Source: Eledone cirrhosa
Taxonomy: Eukaryota
Assembly (NCBI GenBank): GCA_964016885.1
Contig: OZ024744.1
Coordinates: 32,488,001 to 32,552,000, forward strand
Direction: 5' to 3'
DNA length: 64,000 nt
Below are positions 47,649 through 58,103 of the stretch, one piece after another. The stretch's first letter is position 1, and each line of letters begins with the position of its first letter. Made by a program: the position numbers and the translations under genes. The notes below the pieces were generated by a model. It was given only the letters and a program-made list of their open reading frames with translations, was not told the origin of the DNA and made no database searches.

Positions 47649-47847
47649 ACACGGGTGTGTATGATTGTGTATAGAAGATTATATTAATAAGAGGAATTCC
47701 AACTTTGTCTGATTTACTCGTTTTATTTACAATCCTTTAAAATATATATAATGGTATTATAATGAAATAGTATGATAGAATATTAAATTCTAAGTGTTAA
47801 TTGAACACTTAGAATTTAATCAGACAAAGTTGGAATTCCTCTTATTA

Positions 47848-47850
<3 letters not shown>
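47649..47850 (-). mobile_element. Solo terminus of the 6458 Neptune family with a short inverted piece
   Basis: Reverse complement of ~10530-10672; 47818-47850 re-inverts aatcagacaaagttggaattcc. Confidence 0.85.
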
Positions 47851-47886
<36 letters not shown>

Positions 47887-50737
47887 TATATATATATATA
47901 TATATTTACATTTTTACCTGAAAAACATAGGACTAGCTTCATACAACTAGACATCAATAATTACTACTCCTCTATCTCGCCCATAGTCCTGAACAAGGCA
48001 CTCATATTCGCGATGAATAGGACAGACCTAACACGCGACGAGGTCCGAATCATACACGCCGCCAGAAAGACCCTGATCCGATTCGGTGGGGACATATGGA
48101 CCCGGAGCGACTGGCCAAATAATTTTGACATTACAATGGGCTCCAGTGACTCCGCGCAGCTAACGGACTTGGTTCGGATATACATACTCTACGAGATCAG
48201 GAGAGAAATACCCAACCTGGGCGGCGGGCTGTACCGAGACGACGCACTCTTCACCGTAGTGGACCACAGCACCACAATGGTCGAAAATATGAAGAGGAGA
48301 ATTAGGCACTTCTTTAGCAAGGTAGGACTTAAAGTAGAGATGGAACCCAATAGAAAAGTAGTGATTTCCTGGACACCAACCTCAACCTCAACAACTGGGC
48401 GACGGGCTCTACCGAGACGACGCACTCTTCACCGTAGTGGACCACAGCACCACAATGGTCGAAAATATGAAGAGGAGAATTAGGCACTTCTTTAGCAAGG
48501 TAGGACTTAAAGTAGAGATGGAACCCAATAGAAAAGTAGTGAATTTCCTGGACACCAACCTCAACCTCAACACCAAGTTACACCACCCATATCAGAAACC
48601 CAATGAGAAGCTAGTGTATATCAACGCTGAGTCTAATCACCCTAGATCTATAGTTAAGGCTGTAGTTAAGAGTGTCTCTGATAGGATCTCTAACTTGTCG
48701 GCCAATAAAGAGATCTTCAATAGTAACGCGGATTACTATACCTCAGCTCTAGCTAATGCGTCCTACAGCGATAGGATCAGCTATAACCCTAAGGGACATG
48801 ATCGATATCACCCAAGGGTACCCCGGACCAATACCCTCAGGGGCATGAGTCGCCCACCTAGTAGTAACACTCCCAGACCCCTATCCGTCACCACACCCGG
48901 TATAATACCTACAACGCTGAAGACCACTGTGCTGCAGAACAGAGGCACCCCTGCACCGACCCCACCACCCGCCGAATCCTAATTGAGCAGGGAGGCCGCA
49001 CCTCGCAGGTTTATAGCCCCACGGTGGGCCTATATAACCCTCATGATAGTGACCGCTCCGTACACTCAAGTGACACCAACCGAGCTCGACCTGACTGTGC
49101 ACAACCACGCGATGTCCCACGGCGGACACCCAACAACCCCACAAGAATAGGATCAGGAAGGTCACATGGTATAACCCTCCGTACTCGGTGGGTGTACGTA
49201 CCAGCCTGGCTAGAACATTCTTTAGAGTACTGGATATATTTTTTCCTGGGGCCCATAAGTACCATAAAATATTCAACAGGCACACGGTGAAACTTTCCTA
49301 CTCAACCACACGCTCTGAAGCCCAGCACATAGCTGGCATAAATAGGAATAGGCTCACTGCCTCTAATACCACCGTAAACCCCGGAGCCACCCAACAGAAC
49401 CAGCACGCGGGACGCATCGGAACCTGGACAGGCCCAACTAGCAAACCGGAACCCAACGACCCTGTGCTGATTGCGGAGTCACCCAGCCAACCCCGAGTGA
49501 TGCTAACCACGCGGTACATGTGGTGGGGCTTAAGAAGTCATGTAATTGCAGAGACCCATCGCTATGCCCCATCAGTAATGAATGCATCACCAAAATCGTG
49601 GTCTACAGGTGTAAGGTCACAACCCTTAACTCGGAGCACCACTTCATAGGATCCACAGCGACGAGCTTCAAAGCTCGGTGGTATAACCATCGCCATTTCT
49701 TTAACAGAATAGATATGAGGAAATGTACCGCCCTTTCTGAATTGATCTGGAAGCTCAAACTTGAAAGGACCCCGCACTCTCTGGTCTGGTCCGTGGTTAG
49801 AAAGGTTCCCCCAGACAGAGGCGGGTCTGGTATTTGCAACCTCTGTCTTAGTGAGACACTCGAGATTCTTCATGGCGTAACCAAGCTATTAAAAAGAAGG
49901 GCCGACTTATTCGGTGCCTGCAGACACCTAAGGACGGGAACTTTCCTCAAGCTATATGGATAAACCCCGGCTACGGCCTCCCACAAGCCCCCAGTAGGTT
50001 ACCTACACCCCGTACCAATGACCAATAGACAACAACAACCACCCATGGTTTGCGGTCCCTATGGTGGATGGTCCACCGGATCCTCTACTGGTTAGGAGTC
50101 ATCTAAACAACGTTTTATTGAACCTGATTTTATATATATATCTATATATGTATCATGTGTATATGTGCATTTTATATGTGTATGTAAGCGTATTTTATAT
50201 ACGTTGGTGTATCTGTATGTATATATTTTATATATATGTGTGTGTGTGTATTTTATATATATATATATGTATGTTCTGTGTATGTATATATATTTTATAT
50301 ATATATATATATGTATGCTTGTTCGTACATGCATGCATATATATATATATACACACCTATATGGATTTGTGTGTGTAGATGTGTGAGTGTCTGAGGGGGT
50401 AAGTGTGAGTGTATGTACAAGTGAACCAGCATAAAACTTTTATTTCTAAATTTTCTAAACTATCTAAGTATTGGACTCTAACCATTATTTTAAGTATTAC
50501 CACCCCACTTTTTGTATGTGTGGATGTGTGTGTGTGTCTGTGGAGGTGGGTGTGAGTGTAGTGCAAGCCAACCTACATAAGTCTTTTTATTTGTAAACTT
50601 TCTACTGCAACCATAATTTTTAGTACCACCACTCCACATAAATTCCTCAATTTAAGAATGACCTGTAGTATCTATTTCCTACTATTAACCTTATTTTTGT
50701 GCCAAAAGTAGAAACAACTATTAACCTTATTTGAATA

Positions 50738-50779
50738 CATATCTGATGAAGAATGCCTTTTGTGAAAATCAGTCATGTG
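50738..50779 (+). ncRNA. Degenerate hammerhead
   Basis: CAUAU-CUGAUGA-weak stem II-GAAA-AUCAG-UC-AUGUG. Confidence 0.55.
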
Positions 50780-50995
50780 GAACTATTGTCATCCTGTCTG
50801 ACAGTTTGAACTTTACAACACCACCTGCCTCTTTGAAGTCAAATACCAACCCTACTAGCATCTACAAACTGACCAATGAGAATCAAGACTATTCCTGCTG
50901 ACAACATCAAACTATCCCTAACAAGCTCATATGTCCCAAGGCTCTGATACCATCAACACTATACACACAGAGCTGGCATATCTAAGAACTGACTA

Positions 50996-51051
50996 ACTGC
51001 CTGATTAGGTCATAGCCATTCAATGGCTATCATCGAAATATATATAGCAGT
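50996..51051 (+). ncRNA. Hammerhead with G8U substitution
   Basis: ACUGC-CUGAUUA-GGUC-AUAGCCAU/AUGGCUAU-CAUC-GAAA-UAUAUA-UA-GCAGU. Confidence 0.7.
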
Positions 51052-51091
51052 AAATAAAGGATATGAGTTCATGCAATTGACTTATGTTTCG

Positions 51092-51171
<80 letters not shown>

Positions 51172-51173
<2 letters not shown>

Positions 51174-51438
51174 GGAGGTTTTATTGTAGCCAAATAAAGC
51201 AATGCAAATATCGGATAAGTAGCACTCATCAGTTTATAGGACTGGAGTATAAATAATATAAAATCAAAAGATGGTTAAAAGATTTCCATGTATTTTATTA
51301 TGCGCATTTCAAAAACAAAAACAAATACCATCATGGACTCTTATCTGATGCGAACGCAAATATGATCCCATGATGATATTTGTTTTTGGAATGCGCATAA
51401 TAAAATAATGGAACTCTTTTAACACCTTCTTTTGATTT

Positions 51439-51445
<7 letters not shown>
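51172..51445. mobile_element. Older fold-back pLTR of the 24735 family with a mutated hammerhead (51341-51405)
   Basis: Homologous to 24735-24925; arms ~51252-51335 / ~51368-51445. Confidence 0.75.
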
Positions 51446-51501
<56 letters not shown>

Positions 51502-51593
51502 TGTTTTATGATATATAGCTCTGATTATTTAATTTATTAACTTTTCTTTGAGCCACAATGTGACCCGTTGCAAAACACGTATATGTATGTATG

Positions 51594-51667
<74 letters not shown>

Positions 51668-51870
51668 AACCTTTATATGTAATAATCTCCCATTAGGTTG
51701 AGATACAAATTTGGCTGTATAGTGCTGTGCTTTCTACCAAATAGCCACTAGCCGTAAGCAACTACCACACCCCTTCCAACCTGACCGCTCCTACGTCACG
51801 ATTCTTAGCCATTTTGAATGTATTCTCAGCGCGATCACTTTGGAAAATTGAATGTCAAGATTAGAGCAAA

Positions 51871-51943
51871 CTCCTGAAGAGTCCGATGCTCGAATTTCCG
51901 AATATATTGGAAATCTCAAAATGCGGACGAAACCATGGTAGAG
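51871..51943 (+). ncRNA. Type I hammerhead in solo pLTR (~51662-52220)
   Basis: CUC-CUGAAGA-GUCCG[inner hairpin]CGGAC-GAAA-CCAUGG-UA-GAG. Confidence 0.8.
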
Positions 51944-52216
51944 GTAAATAAATGTATCTCTTTTCTCCTAGTTTATTTTACACCTAATTCTGTTTAATTA
52001 ACTGTATATCTGGGCGATTACGCTGTCGAAATATTCGATAAATATTCCGTCGCAGCCAACGCGAAGGGCTAGTTAGTTTCGGTTATTTGTTGGGGATTTC
52101 TTCATAGAAGCCTTATTCTTATAGCTTGGTCTATTCGATTTTTAATATAGTTGATTATGCTAATTGGGAGAGGAAATGGTACATATTTTATCTAGTAATT
52201 CTATAGACATGTTTTA

Positions 52217-52317
<101 letters not shown>

Positions 52318-52474
52318 AAAGAATAGAGGTGTAACACACAAGTTATTATATATTGGTAAACGGAATAGAAAATGCTGACAAATTGTTCACAGTTGAAAAA
52401 TGGTTTAATTAGGAATAAAAGAGTATTAGTGATTGTATGGGTTAGTATTCAGTTGTGGTTTTAAGTTTTTAAGT

Positions 52475-52511
52475 TTTTACCGGTTGCGCATTTCTAAATG
52501 CTTTTCAAAAA
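52475..52511 (-). ncRNA. Variant hammerhead with U3-A8 core (GAAA changed to GCAA) in fold-back pLTR 52313-52680
   Basis: UUU-UUGAAAA-GCAUU-UAGA-AAUGC-GCAA-CCGG-UA-AAA; arms ~52347-52478 / ~52549-52680. Confidence 0.6.
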
Positions 52512-52670
52512 TAATTTTGAGATAGAGTGTCCGTGCTGTTTGCTCTTAAAAAACTTAAAAACTTAAAACCACAACTGAATACTAACCCATACAATCACTA
52601 ATACTCTTTTATTCCTAATTAAACCATTTTTCAACTGTGAACAATTTGTCAGCATTTTCTATTCCGTTTA

Positions 52671-52763
<93 letters not shown>

Positions 52764-52767
<4 letters not shown>

Positions 52768-55700
52768 GGGTTAAATAACTACCTTATTCGAGTGGCGCCG
52801 GTAAGGTATTGTCAGCCATTGAAAAGAAATATGGAGAGTCGATCTAATAGCACTAGGGTTAGAGCCCCTAATTACACTGTCAAGGAGCAGCCTGGTCGTT
52901 ATTACTCTGCTGGCTTAGAGCCACAGAGAGGGCCAGTGGATGATGGATCACCTGTCTCTGAGACAAATATAAAGAATGCAGTTTTGTCCTGCAGAAGAGC
53001 TATCAAAATGGGCACTTTGAATGTAAGGACTATTCGGACGCTGGAGAAGAGAGAGGAGTTGGGACATCTGTTCGAGGAGAGTGGTATACAGATACTTGCG
53101 ATCCAAGAACACAGGATTCTATACGATGAGCCCGTGATGAGTGTCATGATTGGGAAGAAGAGCCAGCTCATCACTACATCGGCAGTGAAGAACACAACAA
53201 ATGCTGCAGTAGGAGGAGTGGGTTTTGTGTTCAGTGCAAAAACCAGTCTGTTGGTGAGGGAAATAATGCCTATCTCCCCGCGAGTGTTGAGGGTGACCTT
53301 CAATGGAAACCCAAAACTGACAGTCATCTCAGCCTATAGTCCAACCGAGGGGGACAGCGATGTGAATGCGGAAGAGTTCCATGAGGAGGTGTGTAGAGCT
53401 GTCAACACCACTCAGGCACACAATATCCTGCTTGTTTTGGGGGACTTCAATGCACACCTTAGTAAGGAGGGCAGTGAAGATCCTTGCTGGTACTTCCATA
53501 ACAACACCAACCGAAATGGAAGACTACTGAGAGACACCCTGCTGGAGGCGAACTTGATGGCGACCAACCTAAGGTTTAGGAAGAATCTGGGGAAGATGTG
53601 GACCTACAACTCAGATATGCACCTGTCCAAGTCCCAGATTGATTTCATTCTGGTGAGGAAAAAGTAGCGGAATAGTGTTCTGAACACGGAACCATACAGC
53701 TATTTCAGTACACTCGGTAGTGACCACCGGCTTGCTATGAGTGAGCTTAAGAAAGAGCAAGGCTCAGCCCCGGAGAACAATCTATGACTGGGGAGCTTTC
53801 AAGGAAGATGATAAGCTACAGGAGAGGTTCACAGTGGAAGTGAGAAACAGGTTTAGTGCTCTGTGTGGAGAGTCAGAGGAGAGAGAGATTGGATGGACTG
53901 AGGAGAGTGTGACGAGGAGGTACGGGCACTTCACCAATGCAGTGGCGGAAGCAAGTGAAACCCTGGTGCTGAGGAAAAAGAATAAAGGGAAGCACGTCAG
54001 CTCTGCAAACCCAAAAGTGTGTGCAGCCAGAGAACACCTGAAAGCTGCCAGGGACCAATTCTATGCTGATCCTACGGAGGAGAGGGTGGAGACTGTGGAG
54101 GTGATGAGGGAAGAGCTCTGTACCGCTTATACTGAGGTCAGAGAGGAGGCACTGATAGAGAAGATCAGAAGTGTGGAGAGAGCGGTTGACAGATCTGGAT
54201 GTAAGGAGAGCTGGATGATCATCAACGAGATCACAGGGAGGAAGAGGTGTTCGAGTCAGATCCAGGGAACAGGGCCCGAGGATAGGAAGAGGAAATGGCT
54301 ACACCATTTTAGGACCCTACTAGGAGAGCCACCCTCCACAGCCCAGAGGACTGGGGAGATCAGGCGGCTGTTTGAGGAACTGGATGTTGAGACAGAGCCC
54401 TTCACCAGAGAGGAGCTTCAGAGAGCCAAGAAGAGGATCAAGGAGGGCAAGGCTCATGGAGATGATGGAGTGGCATCAGAGGTGACGAAGAGGTGTGATT
54501 TTGATGATATCATCCTGGGGTTCTGTAACGGGGCACTGGAGAAAGGAGTTGCCCCGAATCAGTGGAGGATCAGTAAATTCGTCCCAGTGCCAAAGAAGGG
54601 AGATCTTTCTAACACCAACAACTACTGGGGATCTCACTGACGTCACTTGTGGCAAAGACCGTCACCAGGATGATTCTTAATAGGATCCAGCCTGAGATGG
54701 AGAAGAAGCTCAGGGACAACCAGAACGGCTTCAGAGAGGGTAGATCAACTTCCAGTCACATCCTGATGCTGAGGGGGATATTAGAGAGAGCTAGAGCAAA
54801 GTGCCTTCCTGTGGTCATGGTTTTCATTGACTTTAGGAAGGCCTTTGATTCTGTGGACCGTTACTGCCTGATGAAGATCTTACAGGCTTATGGAATCCCC
54901 AAGAAGATAGTGGACCTGATATCACTGCTCTACACCAACACCAAAGCCCAAATCATTACACCTGATGGGATGACAGAGTTCTTTGAGATACTGGCTGGAG
55001 TGCTCCAGGGAGATACATTGGCTCCCTACATTTTTATCATAGTAGTGGACTATTGTATGCGCCTTGCACTGGAGAAACACCAGGACTCTGGCTTTACTGT
55101 AGCACCGGCTCAGAGCAGGAGAGTTAGTGCGAAAAAGGTATCGGATGCTGAATTTGCCGACGACATAGTTTTGGTGACAAATACAGTGAAGGAGGTAGAG
55201 GATTTGATGCGGGAGGTTGAGACTGTGTCGATGAGTGTGGGGCTGAGAATGAATGAGACTAAAACAAAATATCTGGTAGAGAATGTTGAGAAGCCAGAGG
55301 GGATCACTAATGTAGGCGGGAAGCCGCTGGAATTGGTTGAGGACTTCCTGTATTTGGGAGCAAGGATTGGGAATACGGAAGATGATGTGGTTGAGAGGAA
55401 GAGCAAGATCGGTGTGGAAGTCGGACCTTCGTAGAGACCTGAAAATCCGCCTCTTCATTGCTGTAGTGGAGTCTGTGCTGCTGTATGGGTCTGAGACTTG
55501 GACACTGACCAAGAAACTCACTCAGATGGTGGATGGGTGCTACACGAGAATGCTGAGGATGGCTCTGAACATTAATCAGTATACACTGAGGATGAAAAAC
55601 TCAGAGCTGTATAGGAGCATCCCAAAAGTCAGCTCAAAAGTGACACAGAGGAGACTGAGGTTGGCTGGACATGCTCACCGACATCCAGAGTTGACATTGC

Positions 55701-55885
55701 ACTCTGTGCTCCTTTGGGAGCCCCTACATGGACACACTAGAAGAGGAAGACCAAGGTTAACGTATGTTGATGTCCTAAGGACAGACACTGGTCTGTTGGA
55801 GATGCAGGACATGGCAGCGATAATGAGGGACAGAGACCGCTGGAGAGAACTCGTCCATGGATCTCGGGAATTTTACCCGCCTTAG
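52764..55885 (+). mobile_element. RTE-clade LINE, near full length, single APE + RT ORF disrupted
   Basis: GTLNVRT, IQEHR, SAYSPT, GDFNAH, QIDFIL; QNGFREGRST, FIDFRKAFDSV, GVLQGDTLAP, FADD, LLYGSETW, RGRP; stop at 53665, frameshifts. Confidence 0.92.
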
Positions 55886-55934
55886 ATATATATATGTGTA
55901 TATATGTGTATATGTTTGTATATGCGTATGTGTG

Positions 55935-55965
<31 letters not shown>

Positions 55966-55989
55966 TTGAATGTGTCTGTTGACACTTGG

Positions 55990-56478
55990 AATATAGCTTA
56001 AGAGAAATATGACAATAATGATATGATAGGCACCCAATATTTTGAACTGGTTTATAGAATTCGCTTGGCCTTTGTCACTCTAAGTAGAGCTTTAAAGAAT
56101 TAGCTTTTAAAGAATTTCCCTTTTCTTTAAATCCATCAACCATGACCGACCTCCAACCATCTTATAGACACCTGAAATATAGGCATTGTTAGCTTAAGAG
56201 AAACTTAAAAATAAGGAGTGGCACCCCAATTTGAACTTGTTTATAGAATTCTTTCTGCCTTTGTCACACTAAATATAAATTAGACCCTTAAATAATTATC
56301 TTTTAATGAATTCCCTTTTCTTTCAACCAATGACCTCCACCCATCCCACTCCCCACCCTCTCCTACCACCTGAAAAAGTATAAATAGCACAACATTTATT
56401 TTTGGAAAGCCAGATTCCTGATGATTTCTAAAAGATGAAACAGTTCTAGTCCTGTAGAATCTCATCTATATTAAAACT
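55990..56478 (+). mobile_element. pLTR fragment of the 20265 family with ~200 bp tandem duplication
   Basis: 55993-56173 matches 25140-25315; 56280-56467 is the reverse complement of 24951-25135. Confidence 0.78.
56412..56462 (+). ncRNA. Type I hammerhead ribozyme
   Basis: AGAUUC-CUGAUGA-UUUCUAAAAGAU-GAAA-CAG..CUG-UA-GAAUCU. Confidence 0.85.
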
Positions 56479-56501
56479 ATATATATATATATATATATAT
56501 A

Positions 56502-56601
<100 letters not shown>

Positions 56602-56638
56602 TATATATATACATATATACGTATATATATTTATATAC

Positions 56639-56673
<35 letters not shown>

Positions 56674-56794
56674 AGGTGAGTTTTATTGTAGTACAATAAA
56701 GCAATGCAGATATCGGATAAGAAGCACTCTACAGTTTGTAGGACTGGAGTATGCATAATATAAGATCAAAAGATGGTTAAAGGAGTTCCATGTA

Positions 56795-56861
56795 TTTTAT
56801 TATGCGCATTTCAAAAACAAACATCATCATGCAATAATATTTGTGTTTTCATCAGATAAAA
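56795..56861 (-). ncRNA. Type I hammerhead (24735 family) in solo pLTR 56671-56922
   Basis: Matches 22450-22516; (TA)n on both sides. Confidence 0.85.
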
Positions 56862-57002
56862 CAGGAGAACATGATATGAAGGCTAAAAAACACTTGTGGA
56901 TAGTGCAGTTTTAAATCAACATATATATATATATATATACATAAGTTAAAACAATGAAATAAAAAGTCAACTCATTAGAGATATACTTCACTGCTTCATT
57001 AA

Positions 57003-57134
57003 CTTTTGAAAACAGCTGGTGATATGCATGTAAGTAAACATTCTCTTTATCTGATAGTTTGTAACTAACTTTACATAGATCAATAACTGAGTATAGCTAC
57101 AATGTATTATCGTCATCTAGAAACGATCGTAAAG
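57003..57134 (+). ncRNA. Variant hammerhead with U3-A8 core and a 107 nt stem II region
   Basis: CUU-UUGAAAA-[imperfect long stem]-GAAA-CGAUCG-UA-AAG; inverted arms 56941-56996 / 57132-57187. Confidence 0.6.
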
Positions 57135-57318
57135 CAGTGAAGTATATCTCGAATGACTTGATTTTTTATTTCATTGTTTTAACTTATATCATGAATCTGT
57201 TTTCCTTTTAATGTTTTATTGTTTTCCGTGATTTATCTTAACCTACAATATTTTCAACATATGGATTACATCGAGTTCTTCATGCAGAATAGACCCCACA
57301 ACTTACTGTAGATACCTC

Positions 57319-57404
<86 letters not shown>

Positions 57405-57442
57405 CGTAGATATATATATATACGTATATGTATATATATACG

Positions 57443-57476
<34 letters not shown>

Positions 57477-57754
57477 TATACGTATATATATATACGTATA
57501 TATATATACGGATATATATATATATATATATATATATTTCGTTTCTGAATTTGTTTAGCAAGATTCTTTATCTGAAATCGTGTGTTGAAACCGATATTGT
57601 TATACTTTGGGAGGGTCATGTTGCCAATAAGAAACACACGCACCAGTTGCTTTCACTTCAATTTAATTTAATATATATTTATAAATTTACAAATTTATAA
57701 ATTTCTGGTTGGTTGGTTGGTTCCACAACCAGATAGTTGTTTATATATATATAT

Positions 57755-57799
57755 AGTCATAGTTCTTTCGTCACACACTCTGTGACCTCTTCAGTGACT
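57755..57799 (-). ncRNA. Type I hammerhead in the 3' pLTR of the adjacent PLE
   Basis: AGUCA-CUGAAGA-G-GUCAC(AGAGUGU)GUGAC-GAAA-GAAC-UA-UGACU. Confidence 0.8.
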
Positions 57800-58103
57800 G
57801 GGGATTTCTTTCTTCGTTTCTGTGCCTTTCCTTTCTTCTATCCTACGCCATTTTGTTTGTGTGTGGGTTGCGTGCTCAGTTTGCGCATGCGCCACATCCG
57901 GGTGTCTGTGTGTGTTTGTGTTCATTTTTCTATTTTTATATTTTTATATTTATATTTGTTTGTTTATTTATTTATTTATTGTTGGTTGGTTGTTTGTTCT
58001 ATGTGTGTGTGTGTTTTCATTTTGTCTTGTGTGTGTTTTCATTTTGTGTGTGTTTTCAATTGTAAGTTGTTTATATATGTGTGTGTGTGTTTTCATTTTG
58101 TCC

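Larger units (their letters stand above)
47905..51095 (+). mobile_element. 5'-truncated Hydra-type PLE (RT + GIY-YIG to 49963) and long 3' region
   Basis: QLDINNYYSSI, FDITMGS, GLYRDD, NFLD, CNCRDPSLCPI, VVYRC..FIGSTATSFKARWYNH, CNLC. Confidence 0.88.
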
